46,294 bases of DNA from assembly GCA_944380935.1 (NCBI GenBank), contig CALWJF010000065.1:1-46294 (forward strand), in the 5' to 3' direction. A program made the position numbers and the translations under genes. This document shows positions 38,960 to 46,294 of this stretch, piece after piece. Numbering within the stretch: position 1 is the stretch's first letter; every line of letters starts with the position of its first letter. The DNA is from an uncultured Clostridia bacterium. Lineage in GTDB: Bacteria > Bacillota > Clostridia > Oscillospirales > QAMX01. The notes beneath the pieces are model-generated. The model had not been told where the DNA came from. It worked only from the letters and a program-made list of their open reading frames with translations, and searched no databases.

Positions 38960-39528
38960 GAACCATCAACCTGATGATCGTCGGCGTCGGCGGACAAGGT
39001 TCGCTTCTGGCTTCCAAGCTGCTCGGCTCGCTGCTTGTTGCAGAAGGCTACGACGTCAAAGTCAGCGAAGTCCACGGCATGAGCCAGCGCGGGGGAAGCG
39101 TCGTTACCTACGTCCGCTACGGCGATAAGGTCTATTCCCCGCTTGTAGATCTGGGCGAGGCTGATTATATCATTTCCTTTGAAAAACTCGAGGCTGCCCG
39201 CTATGTCGACCGGCTGCGTCCGGACGGCAAAATTATCGCCAATACCCAGCAAATCGACCCCATGCCGGTCATTACCGGTGCGGCGGAGTACCCGGAAGAT
39301 ATCCTCGACCGGTATGCCGAAAAAGGCGTACAAATTGACGCCATAGACGCGCTTTCCCTGGCAGAAAAGGCCGGCTCTGTCAAAACCGTGAACATTGTAC
39401 TGATGGGCCGCCTTGCCCGCTATCTCGATATTCCCTATGAAAAATGGATTGCCGCCATCAAACAGAATGTAAAAGAACGCTTTGTAGCCATGAATCAAGA
39501 GGCCTTTGCCCTGGGCTATAACAGCTAA
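38956..39528 (+). CDS. iorB: Indolepyruvate:ferredoxin oxidoreductase beta subunit
   Basis: GVGGQG, SEVHGMSQRGGSV; ATGA overlap with iorA. Confidence 0.96.
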   Translation: MRTINLMIVGVGGQGSLLASKLLGSLLVAEGYDVKVSEVHGMSQRGGSVVTYVRYGDKVYSPLVDLGEADYIISFEKLEAARYVDRLRPDGKIIANTQQIDPMPVITGAAEYPEDILDRYAEKGVQIDAIDALSLAEKAGSVKTVNIVLMGRLARYLDIPYEKWIAAIKQNVKERFVAMNQEAFALGYNS

Positions 39529-39543
39529 GGAGAGAAAACAACT

Positions 39544-40863
39544 ATGGAAAATACCGAAAAACGTTATTATCAACCGGAAGCGGAAACCATGCCGGTTGAG
39601 CAGATTCAAAAATTGCAGTCGGAAAAGCTGGTTAAAATTGTCCGCCACGTTTATGACAACGTCGCATACTACCGCAACCTGATGGATCAAAAAGGCGTCA
39701 AGCCGGAAGATATCCACGGAATCGAAGACCTGCATAAGCTCCCCTTCCTGACCAAGGCGGATTTACGCGACGCCTATCCTTACGGCCTGCTCGCCAAACC
39801 GCTTGCTGACTGCGTGCGGATTCAGTCCACTTCCGGCACCACGGGGAAACGGGTTGTTGCATTCTATACGCAGAAAGACCTGGATATGTGGGAAGAGTGC
39901 TGCGCACGCGCCATTGTTGCTGCCGGCGGTTCCCGGGAAGATGTCTGCCAGGTCTGCTACGGTTATGGTTTGTTCACCGGCGGGCCCGGTTTAAACGGCG
40001 GTTCCCACAAAGTTGGCTGCCTCACGCTTCCGATGTCTTCCGGCAATACGGAACGTCAGATTCAGTTTATGATGGACTTAAATGCCACGATTTTGTGCTG
40101 CACGCCTTCCTATGCAGCCTACATCGGCGAATCTTTGGCGGAACGCGGTTATAAACCGGAGGACAACCACCTCAAAGCCGGCATTTTTGGTGCAGAACCG
40201 TGGACCGAAGAAATGCGCAGAAGCATTGAAAAATCGCTCGGCATCAAGGCCTATGACATCTATGGCCTGACGGAAGTCTGCGGACCCGGCGTGTCGTTTG
40301 AATGTGAAGAGCAGCACGGCATGCATATCAACGAAGACCATTTCCTGGCGGAAATCATCGATCCCGATACCGGCGAAGTCCTTCCCGAAGGGGAAAAAGG
40401 CGAATTGGTATTCACGGCGCTGGATAAGGAAGCATTCCCGCTGCTGCGCTACCGTACCCGCGATATCTGCGTGCTTTCCCGCAAAAAATGTTCCTGCGGC
40501 CGTACCTTTATCCGGATGGCAAAGCCGATGGGCCGTTCCGATGATATGCTCATCATCCGCGGCGTAAACGTTTTCCCCTCGCAGATCGAAACGGTTTTGA
40601 TTCAGGAAGGCTATGGTACCAACTATTTAATCGAGGTTGACCGTGTCAACAACTCGGATACGCTGGACGTCAGCGTGGAAATTCAGCCGGAGCACTTCTC
40701 GGATACTGTCCGTGAACTGGCGCAGCGCGAACATGCGCTTGCAGATGCAATAAAAACCATGCTTGGTATTAATCCGCGCGTTCACCTGGTCGCGCCAAAA
40801 TCCATCACCCGAAGCGAAGGAAAAGCCGTCCGTGTAATTGACAAACGTAAGCTTCACGACTAA
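39544..40863 (+). CDS. paaK: Phenylacetate--CoA ligase
   Basis: STSGTTG, YGLFTGG, GAEPW, YGLTE, GRSDDMLIIRGVNVFP, GKAVRVID. Confidence 0.95.
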   Translation: MENTEKRYYQPEAETMPVEQIQKLQSEKLVKIVRHVYDNVAYYRNLMDQKGVKPEDIHGIEDLHKLPFLTKADLRDAYPYGLLAKPLADCVRIQSTSGTTGKRVVAFYTQKDLDMWEECCARAIVAAGGSREDVCQVCYGYGLFTGGPGLNGGSHKVGCLTLPMSSGNTERQIQFMMDLNATILCCTPSYAAYIGESLAERGYKPEDNHLKAGIFGAEPWTEEMRRSIEKSLGIKAYDIYGLTEVCGPGVSFECEEQHGMHINEDHFLAEIIDPDTGEVLPEGEKGELVFTALDKEAFPLLRYRTRDICVLSRKKCSCGRTFIRMAKPMGRSDDMLIIRGVNVFPSQIETVLIQEGYGTNYLIEVDRVNNSDTLDVSVEIQPEHFSDTVRELAQREHALADAIKTMLGINPRVHLVAPKSITRSEGKAVRVIDKRKLHD

Positions 40864-40879
40864 AAAAGGAGGGTTTCTC

Positions 40880-41308
40880 ATGGCAGTTTCGCAATTATCT
40901 ATTTTTGCAGAAAACAAACCAGGCGGACTGGTGCAAATGACCTCCCTGCTGGCCGAGGCAGGTGTGGATATCCGCGCGATGAGCCTGGCTGACACCCAGG
41001 ATTACGGGATCCTGCGCCTGATTGTCTCCAATGTTGATCTTGCACGCGAAGTGCTGTCTACCAATGGCCTGGTTTCCTCTGTAACGCCGGTATTGGCTGT
41101 TGCGCTTGACGACAAACCCGGCGCACTTGCCCGGGCTGTCAAAGTCCTCTATGACGGCGGCATCAATGTCGAGTATATGTACGCTTTCATTTCCCCCCAG
41201 CCCTATGCCTGTATGATTTTACGCGTAACCGACAATACCCGTGCCGAGCAGATCCTTTTGGACAATGCGTTCCGGCTCATTTCCATGGATGATATAAACC
41301 AGATGTAA
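40880..41308 (+). CDS. Tandem ACT-domain protein
   Basis: QLSIFAENKPG and DDKPGAL...GINVEYMY repeats; typical neighbour of paaK. Confidence 0.9.
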   Translation: MAVSQLSIFAENKPGGLVQMTSLLAEAGVDIRAMSLADTQDYGILRLIVSNVDLAREVLSTNGLVSSVTPVLAVALDDKPGALARAVKVLYDGGINVEYMYAFISPQPYACMILRVTDNTRAEQILLDNAFRLISMDDINQM

Positions 41309-41352
41309 GAAAACCCGCCGCTGCCCGGAAGCCTCCGGGCAGCGGCGGATTC
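41308..41352. terminator. Bidirectional terminator
   Basis: CCGCCGCTGCCCGGA-AGCC-TCCGGGCAGCGGCGG. Confidence 0.8.
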
Positions 41353-41355
41353 ATC

Positions 41356-41562
41356 TCAATGCAGGAACTTTGCCCGATATTCCGCATGGATCTGCGCAAG
41401 TTCCTTTTCCCCATCGATATACGGCTGATACATCGCCATCGGATCACCGCCGCCCAGCCGGCAGGACGAACAGTTTTCACAACCTTCGCCGCATTCCAGA
41501 CTCCTACGGACGATTTCCTCCCGCTGCTGCCGTGTCGTATCCCGAATCAGCACACTTTTCAT
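41356..41562 (-). CDS. Small Cys-rich hypothetical protein (68 aa)
   Basis: GGAGG RBS; IRDTTRQQREEIV...CGEGCENCSSC...MYQPYIDG. Confidence 0.8.
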   Translation of the reverse strand: MKSVLIRDTTRQQREEIVRRSLECGEGCENCSSCRLGGGDPMAMYQPYIDGEKELAQIHAEYRAKFLH

Positions 41563-41695
41563 GACGGTTTTTTCCTCCCATTTTTGTTTCTGTATCTGCA
41601 CACAGGAGCAGTCTCTCCGCAACCGCAGTTTTTATGCATACAAAGCGCTGCTGTGTGGCATAGATCCGCGATTCTTTTGGAAAGCAGGAATATTT

Positions 41696-42130
41696 ATGCA
41701 AATTAAGCGAACTGAATTCCTTCGATTTTTCAAATTTGCTTTTTTCTCCGCGAGTGCGGGGCTCATCGAGCTGGGCAGTTTTTCCCTATTACATGAGCTG
41801 GCTGGATTTCCCTATTGGCCGTGTTATCTGCTGGCTTTGGTGTTGTCTATTGTATGGAATTTTACGCTCAACCGCCGTTTTACCTTCCATTCCGCAGCCA
41901 ACATTCCGCTGGCCATGTTAAAAGTAGCAGGATATTATGCAGTTTTTACCCCGCTTTCGACGCTGTTGGGCAATTATCTGGTTGAAACTATTGGCTGGAA
42001 TGCCTATTTGACAACGGGTCTGAATATGCTGCTGAATTTTTCTACAGAGTTCCTCTTTCAGCGTTTCCTGGTCTTTCGCAAAAGCCTGGATTCTGCTAAA
42101 AAGCAGGGAAAACCGACGCGATTGCGGTAA
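41696..42130 (+). CDS. GtrA-family membrane protein
   Basis: 4 TM; FFKFAFFS, WNFTLNRRFTF, QRFLVFR. Confidence 0.88.
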   Translation: MQIKRTEFLRFFKFAFFSASAGLIELGSFSLLHELAGFPYWPCYLLALVLSIVWNFTLNRRFTFHSAANIPLAMLKVAGYYAVFTPLSTLLGNYLVETIGWNAYLTTGLNMLLNFSTEFLFQRFLVFRKSLDSAKKQGKPTRLR

Positions 42131-42289
42131 GGCAAAGCATGCTTTTGATAGAAATCTTTTTTGCTCTGATTTCAGGAAAATCAGAGCTATCGCCTATATC
42201 ATTGCAAATTTTGAAATTGCTTTTGCGCAATATCCTGTTTTCTCCAAAAATGATACGAAAATCCAGGAAGATACCGTCTATTTTCAACC

Positions 42290-42372
42290 TTGACAAACGT
42301 TTTTTCCAAGCGGTATAATGCGCACAGAAAGGCAAAGACGCCGATTTTGGTGTCTTTGCCTTTTTCTTTTTT
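42290..42372 (+). promoter_or_regulatory. amt promoter plus leader terminator containing an ANTAR-type hairpin
   Basis: TTGACA-N18-TATAAT, then AAAGGCAAAGACGCC-GATTTT-GGTGTCTTTGCCTTT and a U tract before the RBS; GGC-AAAGAC-GCC mini-hairpin in the 5' arm. Confidence 0.7.
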
Positions 42373-42392
42373 ATTTTCAGGAGGTGGACTTC

Positions 42393-44108
42393 ATGTCAAT
42401 CGTCGATACGTTATGGGTGTTTCTAGCTGGTATTCTGGTGTTTTTTATGAACCTGGGATTCGCAGCGGTGGAAGCCGGTTTTGCGCGTTCAAAAAATACG
42501 GTAAATATTCTATCTAAGAACTTTATCGTATTCGCAGTTTCCTCGCTGGGGTTTCTACTGTTGGGCTGGGGCCTGATGTTCGGCGGCGATCATCCGTTTA
42601 TGGGAACGCAGCATCTGTTTATTCTGGGCGGTGCAGATCTTTCTTTTTATGACAGCACGCTGACCTCCAGCGTACCATTTTGGGGAAAAGTTTTCTTCCA
42701 GCTGGTTTTTTGCGGAACCGCAGCCACCATTGTTTCCGGTGCGGTTGCAGAACGTATTAAATACGTAACTTTTATCATTTTTTCTTTTATTCTGACCTTA
42801 GTCATATATCCTATTGTTGGACACTGGGTCTGGGGCGGCGGCTGGCTGGCCAAACTGGGATTCATGGATTTCGCTGGCGATACGGTCGTCCACTCTGTCG
42901 GCGGCTGGGCCGCGCTGGCCGGCGCCATGATTCTTGGTCCGCGTATTGGAAAATACGGAAAAGATGGAAAAGTCAATGCCCTTCCCGGCCACAGCATGTC
43001 TTTGGCAGTTATCGGACTGTTTGTCCTGTGGCTCGGCTGGTTTGGGTTTAACCCGGGCTCGACCATGAGCTTCCAGAACCCCGCTGACGTTATGCATATC
43101 CTCTTTACTACCAACTCCGGCGCAATTGCAGCCGTTTTAACCTCTACCATCACCTCCTGGATCTTCCTCGGCAAGCCGGATCTGGGCATGACAATCAACG
43201 GATGTCTGGCCGGACTCGTCGCGGTTACCGGCGGCTGCGCCTATATTACAATTGAAGCATCGTTAATCATCGGCGCAATTGCAGGCATTCTGGTTGTCTT
43301 CCTGGTAGGCTTCTTCGATCGGCTCAAAATCGATGATCCGGTTGGCGCAACTTCGGTCCATTTGGGCTGCGGCGTGTTGGGTACGCTTTGTGTGGGCCTG
43401 TTTGCAAAGGAGGGCGTCACTTCCCTTTCCACCGTCAACGGTCTGTTCTACGGCGGCGGCATTAAATTGCTTGGTATCCAGCTGCTCGGTATTGTCTGCG
43501 TTGGCGCATTCGTATTCCTGTCCTCGGGCCTTATCTGGCTGGTCCTCAAAAAGACCTGCGGTATGCGGGTTTCTGCCGAAGAGGAAATTGCCGGCCTGGA
43601 CATCGGCGAGCATGGCAATGCTGCTTATCCTGAATTCACCGCAACGGCCATTCTTCCCGAAACCGGCGCTCTGGTTCCGGCGCATACAGACGAAAAACCG
43701 GTTCCCGTCACGCCTGCTGCTGTAGCCGGCTCCGACACGGGCGATGGCGCAAAGCTGACCCGTATTACCATTATCGCCAATCAGGCTAAATTTACCGAAT
43801 TGGAAGACGCGCTTTGTAAGCTGGGCATCACCGGCCTGACGGTGACCAATGTCTTTGGATATGGTGCACAGAAAGGGCATACCACCTATTTCCGCGGCGC
43901 CGCTGTACAGACAAAACTCCTTCCCAAGATTAAAATTGATATTGTCGTTTCCAAAATACCAGTTGATCTTTTAATTCACACCGTACAGGAAGTCCTGTAT
44001 TCGGGTCATGTCGGAGACGGGAAAATCTTCGTCTATGATGTTGAAGACGTCGTTAAAATCCGTACCGGCGAGCACGGATACGATGCATTACAGGATGATC
44101 CGTCATAA
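42393..44108 (+). CDS. amt: Ammonium transporter fused to a C-terminal P-II (GlnK/GlnB) domain
   Basis: DFAG-x-VVH, GWFGFN, IDDPVGA...VH twin-His; C-terminal GYGAQKG...LLPK...GDGKIFV...IRTGE. Confidence 0.95.
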   Translation: MSIVDTLWVFLAGILVFFMNLGFAAVEAGFARSKNTVNILSKNFIVFAVSSLGFLLLGWGLMFGGDHPFMGTQHLFILGGADLSFYDSTLTSSVPFWGKVFFQLVFCGTAATIVSGAVAERIKYVTFIIFSFILTLVIYPIVGHWVWGGGWLAKLGFMDFAGDTVVHSVGGWAALAGAMILGPRIGKYGKDGKVNALPGHSMSLAVIGLFVLWLGWFGFNPGSTMSFQNPADVMHILFTTNSGAIAAVLTSTITSWIFLGKPDLGMTINGCLAGLVAVTGGCAYITIEASLIIGAIAGILVVFLVGFFDRLKIDDPVGATSVHLGCGVLGTLCVGLFAKEGVTSLSTVNGLFYGGGIKLLGIQLLGIVCVGAFVFLSSGLIWLVLKKTCGMRVSAEEEIAGLDIGEHGNAAYPEFTATAILPETGALVPAHTDEKPVPVTPAAVAGSDTGDGAKLTRITIIANQAKFTELEDALCKLGITGLTVTNVFGYGAQKGHTTYFRGAAVQTKLLPKIKIDIVVSKIPVDLLIHTVQEVLYSGHVGDGKIFVYDVEDVVKIRTGEHGYDALQDDPS

Positions 44109-44140
44109 ACAAGTCAACCCTGTTTCCACAGCCGGAAACG

Positions 44141-44181
44141 AAAAAAACGGCAGGCGACTTTTCGTACGCCTGCCGTTTTTC
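44141..44181. terminator. Bidirectional terminator
   Basis: AAAAACGGCAGGCG...CGCCTGCCGTTTTT. Confidence 0.8.
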
Positions 44182-44236
44182 TATTTCTTTTTACGGTTCC
44201 CGCTTTTTAACCGGGCAGCCGCACGATCCCGCACCC

Positions 44237-44566
44237 TTACTGCACAGCATCCGGCAATTCCCCATCCCACAGGAAACGTGAAAGGTCAACGTTCCCATCC
44301 GGCAGGAATTCCACGCCTTCCGCCTCCAAACAGATCCGTTGTGTCTCACTGCCCATGGGACCGAATCCTTCATAAAGCCTGCCCTCACGGTTAACAATGC
44401 GATGGCAGGGAACCGAGCTGTCCCGGCAGACATGCAGCGCATATCCCACGACCCGTGACCAATGGGGATTGCCTGCAAGCCGGGCAATCTGCCCATACGT
44501 CGCCACGCACCCATAAGGAATCCGGCGTGCTATCGCATAAATCTGTTCAAATACGGATGCCTGCAT
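44237..44566 (-). CDS. Single-domain O6-methylguanine-DNA methyltransferase (MGMT family)
   Basis: IPYG-x-VATYGQIA, RVVGYAL, VPCHRIV active site. Confidence 0.9.
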   Translation of the reverse strand: MQASVFEQIYAIARRIPYGCVATYGQIARLAGNPHWSRVVGYALHVCRDSSVPCHRIVNREGRLYEGFGPMGSETQRICLEAEGVEFLPDGNVDLSRFLWDGELPDAVQ

Positions 44567-44670
44567 CAAAAAACCTCCCGCTTTACGCATTCTTTGTCTG
44601 TACAGCAAGCATAAGCGCCGTTCTTTTTTGGCGTTTTGTCAGGACCCTTTTCGTCACCCGTACAGCGCGC

Positions 44671-45182
44671 TTAACGGCCTGATTCCCTATAATATTGTGC
44701 CTGCATATCAAAAAGTTCTTTATATAATCCTTTCCGGCTCATCAGCGTCTCATGCGTTCCGTATTCTGCTAACTCTCCTTTCTCAAATACAGCCACCTTG
44801 TCACAGAATTTTGTACTGGACATTCTGTGCGATATGTACACAGCGGTTTTACCTTTTACTATTTCATTAAAATTGCGATACATTTCGTATTCCGCCCTAG
44901 GGTCCCAGGCAGCAGTCGGTTCATCCAAAATAACAAAAGAGGCATCCCTATAAAGGGCACGCGCCAATGCGATTTTTTGCCCCTCTCCACCTGAAGGCTC
45001 AAATCCATCTTCCGCAAAATTTTTATACAGTATGGTATCTATTCCCTTTGGCAGCGTTTGCACTTTCTCGGAAAGCCCTACACGGGCAAGTACAAACTTC
45101 ATCTTTTTTTCTTCATAGGGGAGTGTTAGCACAATATTATCTTTTAAAGAAAAAGAAAACAACCGATAATCCTGATAAACCC
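44671..45182 (-). pseudogene. C-terminal fragment of an ABC exporter ATPase
   Basis: Starts at the Q-loop (VYQDY); has SGGEGQK, ILDEPT, ISHR; lacks Walker A and TM domain. Confidence 0.85.
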
Positions 45183-45199
45183 TTATTCCCTTTTCCGGG

Positions 45200-45381
45200 C
45201 ATAAAAAAGCCGTAAAGACAACACAAAAACAAAAGGCAGTCGGTTCAACTGTCTGAAAAAAATTTCACGTTCTGTTTTGTGTTCCTTTACGGCTTATTTA
45301 CTGATATACGGCTTATACATTGCACAAACTCTCCATTTATTCTGTTCAATTCCAGTATACCATAGTTTGATACATTTACAA
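45200..45381 (-). promoter_or_regulatory. Orphaned promoter, leader peptide (MYKPYISK) and terminator attenuator
   Basis: TTGTAA-N16-TATACT; GGAGAG RBS; uORF 45294-45320; long hairpin AAGCCGTAAAG..ACACAAAA / TTTTGTGT..CTTTACGGCTT with U tract. Confidence 0.6.
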
Positions 45382-45559
45382 GAGGGAACATGCGCCGTTA
45401 TCAAAAAAAGCGGACAGATTCGGTGTGCGCCGCCAGGAATCCCCGAGCAGATAAAAAAATCCGGGGGGCATCCGCATCCGGATCTTTATCGATCTTTACA
45501 AATTGAACTTGCCGGCCGTATCCACACAGAGAATACCTGCAGCAAAAAACCGGACGGGC

Positions 45560-45789
45560 ATCTGGGCGGGCCGCTGTCTCAGATGCTGTATCATGGGGGC
45601 CGCCTGTCATAAAAACCGCCTGCCCAGTCCATCAAAACAAAAAAAGACGATATTCTGATATCCTTTACTGCGTTTTTCTTTTAAGATCGGGAGCGCTGCG
45701 TTTTGATTCGGCGCACCAAGAAATTCTGCAAGCGCGGCAGAAACAGCAGCGATGCTGTTGCGAAAATCCGGCGCAAGGAATGGTTTCAT
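45560..45789 (-). pseudogene. N-terminal fragment of an alkaline phosphatase-superfamily (type I phosphodiesterase-like) gene
   Basis: PDFRNSI...NIVFFCFDGLG N-terminal motif, then TGA at 45607; no catalytic PSxT motif follows. Confidence 0.55.
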
Positions 45790-46184
45790 GCTTGTCACGA
45801 TTTTACGGCTGCGTTCATTCAAAACATTCCTCTGTTTCTTCATCCTCAACTCCCCTTTTCCCCCAGAACGGTGGGATTCAAATCAAAGAAAGTCGTTGAA
45901 ACACGGTTCCTCTTATCGTTTTGGCCAGTTTGCGCAATTGTTTCCATATTGCGGGAAACAAGGGACCAGAATATAAGAAAACCTGCGGAAAGCAAATCAC
46001 TTACCGCAGGTCTGTCGGTGACCAAAATTATTGGCAGTTTCAGCACGGGTACCCACACAAAATGAAAGAAAAGACCCGTGCTTGGCGATCCCCATTATTA
46101 GAAACGACAAACTAAATATAGTATGGCTTTAACTTTGAGCGAATAACTCATCTATATAATCAAATTTAATAAAGATTAACTAAC

Positions 46185-46276
46185 GCTTTCCCTATCTCTC
46201 CATAGTTCTCCCTAAGTGCTACCCGTATTACATTTTTGAAACTTTTGCTTTCCCTAACTCGCCTATGTTTCCCTAA
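46185..46276. repeat. Two imperfect ~30-bp direct repeats, each with two TCCCTA cores
   Basis: GCTTTCCCTATCTCTCCATAGTTCTCCCTAA (46185-46215) vs GCTTTCCCTAACTCGCCTATGTTTCCCTAA (46247-46276). Confidence 0.65.
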
Positions 46277-46294
46277 CACGCCGTAAGTTTAGTA

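Noticed and set aside
45607-45609. TGA as selenocysteine in the phosphodiesterase fragment
   Set aside because: Not at a Cys position, and the downstream frame soon degenerates
46185-46276. CRISPR array
   Set aside because: Only two degenerate units, no palindromic repeat, no cas genes

Overview
A 46.3 kb chromosomal window from a Clostridia-class (Oscillospiraceae/Eubacteriales-like) anaerobic Firmicute. This is inferred from SLH proteins, T-box, CIRCE and Cheo-box regulation and sigma-A promoters. Core content: a polar amino-acid ABC operon, acpP, lexA, a T-box-controlled type-2 ileS with non-canonical GVHH/RFSKT signature motifs, a LysR regulator, rex, a GH43-like hydrolase, threonine aldolase, a flavodiiron protein with an FTR-like partner, a MacB-type ABC with an HssRS-like two-component system, plsC-pgsA, a GH2, CIRCE-controlled hsp20, an aryl-acid cluster (acyl-CoA ligase, SSS, iorAB, paaK, ACT), gtrA, an Amt-PII fusion and a MGMT. 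Most notable: (1) a tandem pair of very large secreted CE15 (glucuronoyl esterase-like) SLH-anchored proteins; (2) two otherwise intact secreted-protein genes (the second CE15-SLH gene and a matrixin-like metalloprotease), each split by one in-frame TAG, meaning either recent nonsense mutations or amber readthrough; (3) five GTT(C/G)A repeats phased at exactly 11 bp between the TCS and plsC-pgsA; (4) several unannotated RNA leaders and decayed AT-rich islets. No CRISPR array, rRNA, tRNA, transposase or phage gene was seen.
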